From the NCBI GenBank assembly GCA_021814545.1, contig JAKAID010000003.1, positions 1 through 40,421 of the forward strand: a DNA stretch of 40,421 nt, given 5' to 3'. Shown here piece after piece: positions 20,357-30,917 of this stretch. A model generated the notes under the pieces. It made no database searches. It was not told where the DNA came from and saw only the letters and a program-made list of their open reading frames with translations. Both the position numbers and the translations under genes were made by a program. The DNA comes from a bacterium. GTDB taxonomy: Bacteria; Patescibacteriota; Minisyncoccia; UBA6257; GWB1-50-10. Within the stretch, counting starts at the first letter, position 1. The number at the start of each line of letters is the position of its first letter.

Positions 20357-21811
20357 TTATTGCCTTGCTTCGTACAGCTCGCCAATGCCCAAAATATCCT
20401 CCTCGTGGAAGTGCTTCCCCATGAGCTGGAACGCGACTGGCAATTCGCCACTTCCCACCGTGTACTTCTTTACGGGAATAGAGATGGCGGGAATACCCGC
20501 CATATTTGCAGGGATGGTAAAAATATCAGAGAGGTACATTGAGAGCGGGTCATTCGTCTTCTCCCCTATCGTAAAGGCGGGGGTGGGTGTTACCGGCGAG
20601 AGAATAACATCGACTTCTTTAAACGTGGTATCGAAATCCTCCTTGATGAGGCGCCGCACCTTCTGCGCCTTCGCATAATACGCGTCGTAATACCCGGAAG
20701 AGAGCACGAAGGTGCCGAGAAGCACGCGACGGCGCGTTTCTTTCCCAAAACCGTACGCCTTGTTCTTCACGTACAATTCCTGCAATTTCTTTGCATCGCG
20801 TACATTGCGGGCATAGCGAATGCCATCGAGGCGCGCGAGGTTCGTTGATACCTCCGCGGGCATGATGATGTAGTAGGTCGAGAGCGCGTACTTCGTGTGC
20901 GGCAGGCTCACCTCCTTGAACGAGAATCCGAGCTTCCTCAATCGCGTAATCGCCTCCTCCACGCCCTTCGCGACTTCTGGGTGCAGCCCCTCAATAAAAT
21001 ATTCTTTGGGAATACCTATCACGAGCTTCTTTATGTCCTCCTTCTTCGGCTCATAATGAAATGGCTTCTTTACCACATCGATACTCGTTGCGTCATGCAC
21101 ATCTTTTCCGCGTATCGCGCGAAAAAGAAGTTTCGCGTCTTCTGCCGTTTTCGTGAAGGGGCCTATCTGGTCGAGGCTCGATGCCATCGCGATAAGACCA
21201 AAACGTGAAACGGTGCCATAGGTCGGCTTCATACCTACCACGCCGCAGAGCGCCGCAGGCTGGCGGATGGAACCGCCCGTGTCAGAGCCGAGCGCGGCGA
21301 GTGCCATGCCGGCCGCAACCGCGGCCGCCGAACCGCCCGAAGAACCGCCTGCCACGCGAGCAGTGTCGTGCGGATTCTTCGTCACGCCGAATGCGGAGTT
21401 CTCCGTTGAAGAACCCATTGCAAACTCATCAAGGTTCGTCTTTCCCAATACTACTGCGCGTTCGAACTTCAGCTTCTCGACCACCGTTGCGTCGTAAGCC
21501 GCCGTGTAATGCTCGAGCATCTTCGAAGAGGCGGTTGCGGGGTAGCCCTTCACGAGCATGTTGTCTTTGAGCGCCAAAGGCACCCCTGCGAGCGGCGGAA
21601 GCTCCTTCCCTTCTGCGAGCGCAGCATCCACTTCTGCAGCGGTCGCGCGCGCGAGGTCCTTCGTGAGCGAAAGGTAGGCGTTCAGCGCGCCATTCTGCGC
21701 ATCAATGGCAGCGAAATACGCATCAGCGACCTCCCGCGCAGAAAAATCCTTTGCGCGAAGTCCCTCCTGAAATGCCGCGATGGTGAGCTTGGAAAGGTCC
21801 ATATTATTCAA
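20357..21811 (-). CDS. gatA: Glutamyl/aspartyl-tRNA amidotransferase subunit A
   Basis: The amidase signature GGSSGGSAAAVA is present. Length is 484 aa and the gene overlaps gatC by 8 nt. Confidence 0.95.
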   Translation of the reverse strand: MNNMDLSKLTIAAFQEGLRAKDFSAREVADAYFAAIDAQNGALNAYLSLTKDLARATAAEVDAALAEGKELPPLAGVPLALKDNMLVKGYPATASSKMLEHYTAAYDATVVEKLKFERAVVLGKTNLDEFAMGSSTENSAFGVTKNPHDTARVAGGSSGGSAAAVAAGMALAALGSDTGGSIRQPAALCGVVGMKPTYGTVSRFGLIAMASSLDQIGPFTKTAEDAKLLFRAIRGKDVHDATSIDVVKKPFHYEPKKEDIKKLVIGIPKEYFIEGLHPEVAKGVEEAITRLRKLGFSFKEVSLPHTKYALSTYYIIMPAEVSTNLARLDGIRYARNVRDAKKLQELYVKNKAYGFGKETRRRVLLGTFVLSSGYYDAYYAKAQKVRRLIKEDFDTTFKEVDVILSPVTPTPAFTIGEKTNDPLSMYLSDIFTIPANMAGIPAISIPVKKYTVGSGELPVAFQLMGKHFHEEDILGIGELYEARQ

Positions 21812-22100
21812 ATACCGGAGGCACTTTCAAGAAACCGGAGGCGGCGTCAGGGAATGCCTTCACTGCCGCATCATTTTGAATGCGGTTCGTTGAATCCTCG
21901 TCGTTCCTGAACTGGTTCACCAAAAGCGAACCGCCCGCGAGCGGCGCCACCGTATCCGTGTTCACCTCTTTTAATTCTTCAAAATGGTCAAGAATCTTTC
22001 CCAGGTCATGCTGAAGCTCCGCCGCCTCCTCATTTGTAAGCTCGATGCGCGCCAGAGACGCCAAATGCTTTACCTCCTCCTTCGATATCATGGCTCTCAT
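21804..22100 (-). CDS. gatC: Glutamyl/aspartyl-tRNA amidotransferase subunit C
   Basis: ISKEEVKHLASLARIELTNEEAAEL is a typical GatC N-terminus. The start is uncertain: the first ATG (22100) is used, with ATG 22091 or the ORF-track TTG 22127 as alternatives. Confidence 0.85.
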   Translation of the reverse strand: MRAMISKEEVKHLASLARIELTNEEAAELQHDLGKILDHFEELKEVNTDTVAPLAGGSLLVNQFRNDEDSTNRIQNDAAVKAFPDAASGFLKVPPVFE

Positions 22101-22128
22101 GATAGTCCAACGCACCGGAAGAAACAAC

Positions 22129-24216
<2,088 letters not shown>

Positions 24217-24906
24217 CTAAGGAATAAAGTAGACGGTCGTCGATGTGCTCGCCGATATTCCCCCATTCGAACACGTGAGCGTAAGGGTGATGGGCGGCAC
24301 CTGACCGCCGATATCGATGCCCTGCGAACCGGAAAGCGCTGTCGTACTCCACACTGCTGCGGGAGACGAGCCGCCCGTGCATGAGGTCGCGTCCTGGCTC
24401 GCCCACGTGAGCGTCATGAGCGCGGGAGACGGCACGGGCGCCTTCGGGTCAGGGTTGCCTGAGTGATACGGACACGAGCCCGAACAGGGCGAGGTTACGA
24501 GATTCGCGTTCCCCGATACCGAGAACGCCGTGATCTGCGGCGTGGGCGTCGGCGACGAGGTCGCGGCGGTTATCTGCGATTCAAGCGCGCGCACCGCACC
24601 GCCCGCGGTCCCCTCTGCGCGCACAATGATGTCCTGGCCCACGAGCGCCTGCGATGAGGTGACCGCCGCGCCGTTCGAAAAGGTCGGCGCGGGAGCCGCG
24701 TTCGCAATGTCGTACGTCTCGTGCTCCACGCCCGCATCGGCGGCAAAGAACGCCTTCGTCGAATTTATTACGTCATTCGTCTGCCGCACCTGATAGGTCA
24801 TGAGAAGCCCCGCAATAGCACTCGCGCCAAGCAATACGCCGCCGATGACCATGACGCTCAAGAGCAATGCCTGACCCGACCTGTTGTTGAAACTTGTTTT
24901 TCTCAT
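24217..24906 (-). CDS. PilX-like minor pilin / pilus-associated protein with a C-terminal Cys-containing Ig-like region
   Basis: The start is set at the ATG at 24906 (MRKTSFNNRSGQALLLSVMVIGGVLLGASAIAGLL), the PilX-type N-terminal pattern. The C-terminal half carries a LTWASQDATSCTGG-type beta-rich segment. Confidence 0.6.
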   Translation of the reverse strand: MRKTSFNNRSGQALLLSVMVIGGVLLGASAIAGLLMTYQVRQTNDVINSTKAFFAADAGVEHETYDIANAAPAPTFSNGAAVTSSQALVGQDIIVRAEGTAGGAVRALESQITAATSSPTPTPQITAFSVSGNANLVTSPCSGSCPYHSGNPDPKAPVPSPALMTLTWASQDATSCTGGSSPAAVWSTTALSGSQGIDIGGQVPPITLTLTCSNGGISASTSTTVYFIP

Positions 24907-24910
24907 GGAA

Positions 24911-25528
24911 TTATTGAGGGCATGACGACCAGTTGGCGAAGCGCGCAAGCCAGCCGACCGGACATAGGCTTGTTTCAGATATGTCGCTCGGCAACACGCG
25001 CGAGCTTACCGTGGTCTCAAGATTGGCCGCCCGTCCCTCAACTTCAAGATTTCTCGGCGAAATATTGCCGATAATCGTAATACGCCACGGATTCTTCGGC
25101 GAGCCCCCCTGGTCAACGCGAAAACAGGCGCGATTCGCCGCAACATCGGGCGAGGTGACAGGAACCGTGTTTCCCATCTCTTCCGTGCGCTCGAGCGTGC
25201 TTGAGGTTCTATTCCACTCGTAAACCACGACCGTGGTCGTGGTACCGCGAAAACGGCGGAACGCGACGCCGGTCGCAAAATCGGGAAGCGCCGCAGAACA
25301 TGGTACGGATGAGGTCGTAAAATTATATCCAAGGCGAAGTTCGCGCGACATCTGCTCGAACATGAGGCCCGTATTACTGCTCGCTTCGATGACCGCGCCT
25401 AAAATTTTTTGCGTATGGATCGTCTGGATGAAAAGCCCCCCGATGATGGACATTGCGATAGAGAATACCGAGAGCGCCACGAGGAGCTCTACGATGGTAA
25501 ACCCGGCGTTGCGTTCGTTATGTTCCAT
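24911..25528 (-). CDS. Minor (pseudo)pilin with a prepilin-type N-terminal methylation motif
   Basis: The start is the ATG at 25528. The prepilin motif NAG|FTIVELLVALSVFSI is present. It may be PilW/GspJ-like, with low certainty. Confidence 0.75.
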   Translation of the reverse strand: MEHNERNAGFTIVELLVALSVFSIAMSIIGGLFIQTIHTQKILGAVIEASSNTGLMFEQMSRELRLGYNFTTSSVPCSAALPDFATGVAFRRFRGTTTTVVVYEWNRTSSTLERTEEMGNTVPVTSPDVAANRACFRVDQGGSPKNPWRITIIGNISPRNLEVEGRAANLETTVSSRVLPSDISETSLCPVGWLARFANWSSCPQ

Positions 25529-25529
25529 G

Positions 25530-26042
25530 TTATTGGCGCCAATTGTAGAACCGGTCCTCAACAACGATATTCTCCATGTCCGCCGAGCGCACGGTCGAGC
25601 TCACGCTCACCGCATACACCTTTCCCGACGCGGGGTCAGTAAGCGGCGTCGTCGTAATATCACGGATAAAACCGCTCGAAATGGCGCCCGGAAGCGCGTT
25701 ATACGAGTACGCTCCGTTCCGGTAGAGCAGCGGATTTCCGTTCTGAATAGTGATGGGGGCATTCGTGTCATAACTCACTTGGAAGGTGAAGGGATTCGGC
25801 GGAAAACCGTTCGTCCATGAGGCGCCGGTCGCAAAATTCGTATCGAGCATATTACGTACTATCTCGATGCCCTCCGCCGCAAGGTGCGCGCCCACAAGCC
25901 TGCGGTCGACTATGCTGTTGTAATGAAGCGAACTCGTCACAAGCGAGAGCGAGGAAAGAAGCGCGGTGATCGCCACGCTGATGCCCACGATCGACTCGAT
26001 CATGATCTGGCCTTCGTTATGGTTGTTGCGCTTTTTTGTCAT
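25530..26042 (-). CDS. Minor pilin-like protein with a non-canonical processing motif (G|QIMIE)
   Basis: NEG|QIMIESIVGISVAITALL has Gly at -1 and Glu at +5, but Gln instead of Phe or Met at +1. Confidence 0.6.
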   Translation of the reverse strand: MTKKRNNHNEGQIMIESIVGISVAITALLSSLSLVTSSLHYNSIVDRRLVGAHLAAEGIEIVRNMLDTNFATGASWTNGFPPNPFTFQVSYDTNAPITIQNGNPLLYRNGAYSYNALPGAISSGFIRDITTTPLTDPASGKVYAVSVSSTVRSADMENIVVEDRFYNWRQ

Positions 26043-26647
26043 CGCGTAGAAACCTGTCCTCCTGCGGTGATCGACGTATCGCTGTATCCCCCGCTCAAAC
26101 CCGCAAGCCGCACCACGAGCGGGAATGCCCCGTTCGAAATCGCGCTCAAGTCCGGCGGCACGAAAAGAATGTCCGCTCCCCCGCTCTTAATGGACATTGC
26201 GAGCTGATCATCGATCGACACCTCATCTATCATTTCATTCGGACCGTTATAATACTCGCCCGCTGCGGAAAGCGAAGGGGAATAGGTGCCGTCGGCGTTG
26301 AGACAGGTATAAATGGTCGTCGTCGCCTTGATGTCTTCAAAAATAACTGCCTTCCTTGCCGCGGCATCAAAATGCACTCCGAATGCGCAAGCAAAACTGC
26401 CGCTCGGCACATTCTTGCCGATAAAACGCTCCGCGGCGTACGACTTCGCGCGATTCACCGCGCCCACGATAAGCGCCTGCGCTTTGAAAATGCGGAGCTG
26501 GTCTTCTGATGAATGATTGTAGGTGATCGAAATGCCGGTAATCATCGCGATTATCGCGGTTGCCACAATAACATCAAGCAAAGAAAAGCCGCGCCGCGAA
26601 TGTATTCGTTCTTTTGCTTTTGCCCATATCGCACGCACGCATTGCAT
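26039..26647 (-). CDS. Minor pilin-like protein (G|FSLLD motif)
   Basis: RRG|FSLLDVIVATAIIAMITG has Asp rather than Glu at +5. The arrangement is GspH/FimT-like. Confidence 0.65.
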   Translation of the reverse strand: MQCVRAIWAKAKERIHSRRGFSLLDVIVATAIIAMITGISITYNHSSEDQLRIFKAQALIVGAVNRAKSYAAERFIGKNVPSGSFACAFGVHFDAAARKAVIFEDIKATTTIYTCLNADGTYSPSLSAAGEYYNGPNEMIDEVSIDDQLAMSIKSGGADILFVPPDLSAISNGAFPLVVRLAGLSGGYSDTSITAGGQVSTR

Positions 26648-26656
26648 ATCTCTCTT

Positions 26657-26662
26657 ATTATA
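26657..26662 (-). promoter_or_regulatory. -10 box TATAAT 9 nt upstream of the ATG at 26647 (internal promoter for the minor-pilin/ligA block)
   Basis: The minus strand reads CTCTGTATAATAAGAGAGAT-ATG. It lies in a 123-nt gap after pilD. Confidence 0.4.
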
Positions 26663-26770
26663 CAGAGGAAGTATCTAAAAAAGAACTTCGCCTATTGCGT
26701 CGAGTGAGGAGCGTGCGGACAAGTACCCTTGTACCCATCGTCCGAACGATGACGGAACAAGGTTCTTACC

Positions 26771-27676
26771 TTATAGGCGGAACATCCCGAAATATGCGCT
26801 CAATATTGAATGGCCGAAAAAGAAGACGAGTACAAGGCCCAATACAAAGAACGGCGCGAACGGTATCTTGTCTTTCATGTGCATATTCCGCATGAGGAGC
26901 AGCCCCACGCTCACCACGCCGCCCACGATGAATGAGAGCATTATCGCAAGCCCGATGTCCGGCCAACCGAACGCGGCACCGGCGGCAAGCGCAAGCTTCA
27001 CGTCGCCGAATCCTATCCCCCTCCCCTTTGTAATGATGCTAAGAAGCAGGAAAAATCCGGCCCCTAATACCGCGCCAAGAATATGGTTCGCCGCGATGCT
27101 CCGGAACGGAGAAAAGAGCAGCACATATTGTTGTAAAAATGACTCGCGGAACGGCAGGGTAATACCGTCCGCACGCAACGAGAGCAATGCGGCGACCCCT
27201 ATGCCGACAAGCCCCAGGAGAATGTTCAGCTCATCGGGAATGAGATAGTGCCGAAGGTCAATAACCGCGATAAGGAGCAGTATGAAAAAAATGACGACCC
27301 ACCCCGCGAGCACGCCGTAATACCAAGGGGGCGCATGAAGCGCAAAGAAGGTCGCCGAGGAAACGCCGAAAAACGAATTTAAAAAATACGGCACGCCTGA
27401 GAAAATGGCGCCACCCGCAAGCTCCACAAGCGGGTATTGCATGGTAAGCGCCACGCCACACTCGCGGCACCTCCCCCGCTGTACCGCATAGCTCATGACC
27501 GGAATAAGCTCATACCAATGAAGCGTTCGCCCGCACTGCATGCAATGCGAACGACCCGAAAGGCTCGGGCCGGAGAACACGTTTCGGTCGGGGTCGTAGC
27601 GGAGGATGAGCACATTCGAGAAGCTCCCCAGCGCAAGACCGAGCACGAACAGCAATATGTAATATAACGTAACCAT
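26771..27676 (-). CDS. pilD: Prepilin peptidase (A24 family)
   Basis: An N-terminal Cys cluster CMQCG...CRECG and the Asp motifs IPDELN and GFGDVKL are present. The start is the ATG at 27676, overlapping the pilin stop (TAATG). Confidence 0.9.
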   Translation of the reverse strand: MVTLYYILLFVLGLALGSFSNVLILRYDPDRNVFSGPSLSGRSHCMQCGRTLHWYELIPVMSYAVQRGRCRECGVALTMQYPLVELAGGAIFSGVPYFLNSFFGVSSATFFALHAPPWYYGVLAGWVVIFFILLLIAVIDLRHYLIPDELNILLGLVGIGVAALLSLRADGITLPFRESFLQQYVLLFSPFRSIAANHILGAVLGAGFFLLLSIITKGRGIGFGDVKLALAAGAAFGWPDIGLAIMLSFIVGGVVSVGLLLMRNMHMKDKIPFAPFFVLGLVLVFFFGHSILSAYFGMFRL

Positions 27677-28122
27677 TACGATCCCACGCTTACGCAATAC
27701 GCATTCGCCGCATCGCACGTACACTGCGGAGGCGGCTCAAGCCTGCTCCCTTGCGGGCTCACATCATAGTTCGCCGCGTCGGGGCGCGCATAGCTCTGTA
27801 TTTCTGCGGGGCGGATATTCTCAAGACACGTTCCCAGCACGTATGTGTTCGAATTCACGCGAATATATCCGTAATTCCCTCCCTGCGGGTCAATAGGAAG
27901 TTCGGGTATCGCCGTATAGAGCTCGTCCGTCTTCGGATACGCCCTTGCGGACGAATAAAATGTTTCCAATCCGTTCTGAATTTGCCGCAGGTCCGCAATG
28001 CGGCGCGCATCACGCGCGCGCCGCCGTGCGTCGCTAAGCCCCACAAGTATGGTAGAGGAAAGCAATCCGATGATCGCTACCACTACCAACATCTCTATCA
28101 ATGTGAAGCCTGAGCGTTTCAT
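27676..28122 (-). CDS. Type IV pilin (prepilin-type N-terminal cleavage/methylation domain)
   Basis: MKRSG|FTLIEMLVVVAIIGLLSS is a short leader followed by the canonical motif. Length is 148 aa. Confidence 0.9.
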   Translation of the reverse strand: MKRSGFTLIEMLVVVAIIGLLSSTILVGLSDARRRARDARRIADLRQIQNGLETFYSSARAYPKTDELYTAIPELPIDPQGGNYGYIRVNSNTYVLGTCLENIRPAEIQSYARPDAANYDVSPQGSRLEPPPQCTCDAANAYCVSVGS

Positions 28123-28132
28123 GGGCTAATAA

Positions 28133-28531
28133 TTACTGAGCGCTCGTCTTGCAGAAATAATAAATTCTTCCTCCTCCGGTGCAACTCCCTGCCCACTGGC
28201 TGCACGCCGCGATAGGCGCTGCCGCTGCTCCATTCTCCTGCGTTTCCATGCAGGCCATCGCCGCCGATGAGGTCGCCCCGCCGGCATAGAAATAATCCTC
28301 GCCCTGCGGACCCTTGCCCGCTGTCATTGGTGCGAGTGTCAATGGATATCCCGTCACGCCAAATTGGACCTCCGCGGAATTCATAATCTGCTGGATATCC
28401 GCCAAACGCTTCGCATCACGCGCTTTCTGACGCGCACCGCTCAACCCCACCACCACCACCGAGCTCAAAAGACCAATGATCGCTACTACCACAAGCATTT
28501 CAATAAGAGTGAAACCCTGTCTGTTATTCAT
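28133..28531 (-). CDS. Type IV pilin, probable major pilin
   Basis: The start is the ATG at 28531 (MNNRQG|FTLIEMLVVVAIIGLLSS). It has its own TATAAT at 28594-28589 just downstream of the pilC stop. Length is 132 aa and the C-terminal part contains 4 Cys. Confidence 0.85.
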   Translation of the reverse strand: MNNRQGFTLIEMLVVVAIIGLLSSVVVVGLSGARQKARDAKRLADIQQIMNSAEVQFGVTGYPLTLAPMTAGKGPQGEDYFYAGGATSSAAMACMETQENGAAAAPIAACSQWAGSCTGGGRIYYFCKTSAQ

Positions 28532-28588
28532 GATTTTGGTATTGTATTCGTGTTTTTGTTCGTATGACCGACCTTTTGTGTTTCCATT

Positions 28589-28594
28589 ATTATA
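28589..28594 (-). promoter_or_regulatory. -10 box TATAAT upstream of the 28531 pilin gene (5' UTR of about 50 nt)
   Basis: The minus strand reads AATAGTGTATAATAATGG, located between the pilC stop (28602) and the pilin start. Confidence 0.45.
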
Positions 28595-28601
28595 CACTAT
28601 T

Positions 28602-29807
28602 CTATATCGAATTCGTGAGGCTATAGAGCGGGAGGAGAATGGCGGCGAAGAGACCCGCGACCATGACGCCGATAACCACAAGAAGCGCGGGCTGGATAAG
28701 CTCAACAAGGTTCGAGACTTTGTCGTCTACCTGGCGGCTGTAGTAGTCGCTTATTTTTGAAAGCAATATCTCGAGGCGGCCGGTGGATTCCCCCACCGCA
28801 ATAAGCTGGCCCACGAGCGGGGGAAAATACGGCGCATCCTTTAACGCTTGCGAAAGGAGCTGGCCCTTTCTGATATTCTGTGCCGTTTCGTGCAAAATAT
28901 CGCGGTAGACGTAATTGCCGATGGTGTGCGAAGAAATTTCCACCGCCTGCGGAATAGTGAGGCCGCCCTGAATGAGCACCTTAGTCGATTCCGCAAAACG
29001 CGCAAGATACAAGAACTGGAAGAGGGTGCCGAAAACAGGCAGCCGCAAACTTATCTCGTCGACTATCGCCTTACCCTCTGCAGTCTGCATGTAATCAATA
29101 AAGAGCACGATAGAAACGACCGCAACAATGAGCATGACCCACCAATAGCCTTGGAGGAAGGTGCTCAGGGCGATGATGACTTTCGTGATGGCGGGAAGCT
29201 CCACCTTTGATTCGGTGAATATCGGCATCATTTGCGGAAGCACCATCGTCATCATAACGAACACCACGACAATGAAGAGGCCGATGACGAATGCGGGGTA
29301 GATGAGCGCGTTGCGGAGCTTGCCTAAGAGGATGGACTGCTTCTCAAGATAGTCCGCGAGGAAGTCCAAGACCTCGCTCAAGCGCCCTGTCACTTCGGCG
29401 GATTTCACCATGTTCACATAAAACTCGGAGAACACGCCCGGGTGGCGCCCCAGCGCCTGCGAAAGCGAGAAGCCGGAGTCGATATCCGAAGAGATTTCTG
29501 TGATGATTTCCTTTAATACTGGCCGCGTCGTCTGCGCGTAGAGGCTCCGCAAGCTATCCCCCACGGGCACCTGGGAAGAAAGGAGGGTTGCGAACTGGCG
29601 CGTGAATATCATGATATCCATCATCTTCACCCGCTCGAAGAAGTTCGCGAGACGAACGAGCATCGAATCCTCTTTGATGGGCTCGATACTCAACACGAAG
29701 AGCTCATGGCCAAGCAAAATAGCCGCAGCCGCATCGCGCGTGGCCGCCTCTACGTTGCCCACTTGGAGCTCTCCTTCTTTTGTGCGCGCCTTGTAGTTAA
29801 ACTTCAT
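28602..29807 (-). CDS. pilC: Type IV pilus platform protein (GspF/PilC family)
   Basis: 401 aa with a duplicated T2SS-F-type domain organisation and three hydrophobic segments. Confidence 0.9.
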   Translation of the reverse strand: MKFNYKARTKEGELQVGNVEAATRDAAAAILLGHELFVLSIEPIKEDSMLVRLANFFERVKMMDIMIFTRQFATLLSSQVPVGDSLRSLYAQTTRPVLKEIITEISSDIDSGFSLSQALGRHPGVFSEFYVNMVKSAEVTGRLSEVLDFLADYLEKQSILLGKLRNALIYPAFVIGLFIVVVFVMMTMVLPQMMPIFTESKVELPAITKVIIALSTFLQGYWWVMLIVAVVSIVLFIDYMQTAEGKAIVDEISLRLPVFGTLFQFLYLARFAESTKVLIQGGLTIPQAVEISSHTIGNYVYRDILHETAQNIRKGQLLSQALKDAPYFPPLVGQLIAVGESTGRLEILLSKISDYYSRQVDDKVSNLVELIQPALLVVIGVMVAGLFAAILLPLYSLTNSI

Positions 29808-29817
29808 CCTTCAATTC

Positions 29818-29823
29818 ATTATA
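29818..29823 (-). promoter_or_regulatory. -10 box TATAAT 10 nt upstream of the pilC ATG (29807)
   Basis: The minus strand reads GGTGCGGTATAATGAATTGAAGG-ATG. Confidence 0.35.
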
Positions 29824-29836
29824 CCGCACCGCCCCC

Positions 29837-30910
29837 TCATGTCCGCTCGAGCAAGATGCGGAGCTCGGCGGGGTTCAGTGAGTGGCGTTCTGCCTCCTCA
29901 AGCGATATCTCGCGCTTTTTCACCAGGTTCACGAGCGAACGATTGAGAGACATCATCCCCTCCTGCACGCTTGTCTCTATCACAAGGTCTATTTGGTAGA
30001 TTTTCTTCTCGCGGATGAGGTTCCTGATGGCCGAATTCGTGAGGAGAAGCTCGGTCGCCGGCACGCGCCCGCCGCCAAGACGCGGAATAAGGCGCTGCGA
30101 GACGATGCCTACGAGCGTTGAGGCGAGCTGTGAAATAACCTGCCCCTGCTGTTCGGGCGGGAAGCTGTCGATGATGCGGTCGATGGTCTGCGAAGCGGAG
30201 TTTGTGTGCAATGTGGAAAACACCAGGTGTCCCGTCTCCGCCGCCGTCATCGCGGTCGCGATAGTCTCAGGGTCGCGCATCTCGCCTATCATGATGACAT
30301 CGGGGTCCTGGCGGAGGATGGCGCGAAGCGCATCGTGGAACGAGAGCGTGTCCTGCCCTACCTCGCGCTGGGAAATGATGCAGCGGTCCTGCGCGAAGAG
30401 GTACTCGATGGGGTCCTCCACGGTAATGATGTGGTCCGTTTTCGAGTGGTTTATTTCGTCGACGACCGCGGCGAGCGTGGTTGATTTACCATGGCCTGCG
30501 GGACCCACGACGAGCACGAAACCCTGGCTCAATTTTGAAAAGTCGTGCAAGATGGGCGGAAGATTCAGCTCCTCTATCGTCTTGATCTGCGAAGGGATGA
30601 CGCGAAGCGCCGCCGCCATAAACCCGCGCTGCACGAACACATTCACGCGGAAGCGCGCCTTGTCCTCATAGTTATAGGAAAGGTCGAGCTGGCGCAATTT
30701 CAAAAATCGGTCGCGCTGTTCGGGCGTCAGAATCGCGAGCACAAGCCCCTCCGCATCTTCTTTTGTAAGAATCGCTTCCTTCGCAAGCGGGATAAGCGTA
30801 CTATCAATGCGAATCGTGGGGCGCCTCCCTACTGCAATGTGAAGGTCGGATGCGTTCTGGCGCACGGTCGTAAGAAGGAGTTCGTTCAGTTTTGCTTTGT
30901 AGTCGGTCAT
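29837..30910 (-). CDS. pilT: Type IV pilus retraction ATPase PilT
   Basis: 357 aa with Walker A GPAGHGKSTT and the PilT-type region ...HLVFSTLHTNSA. Confidence 0.9.
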   Translation of the reverse strand: MTDYKAKLNELLLTTVRQNASDLHIAVGRRPTIRIDSTLIPLAKEAILTKEDAEGLVLAILTPEQRDRFLKLRQLDLSYNYEDKARFRVNVFVQRGFMAAALRVIPSQIKTIEELNLPPILHDFSKLSQGFVLVVGPAGHGKSTTLAAVVDEINHSKTDHIITVEDPIEYLFAQDRCIISQREVGQDTLSFHDALRAILRQDPDVIMIGEMRDPETIATAMTAAETGHLVFSTLHTNSASQTIDRIIDSFPPEQQGQVISQLASTLVGIVSQRLIPRLGGGRVPATELLLTNSAIRNLIREKKIYQIDLVIETSVQEGMMSLNRSLVNLVKKREISLEEAERHSLNPAELRILLERT

Positions 30911-30917
30911 AGGTTCT

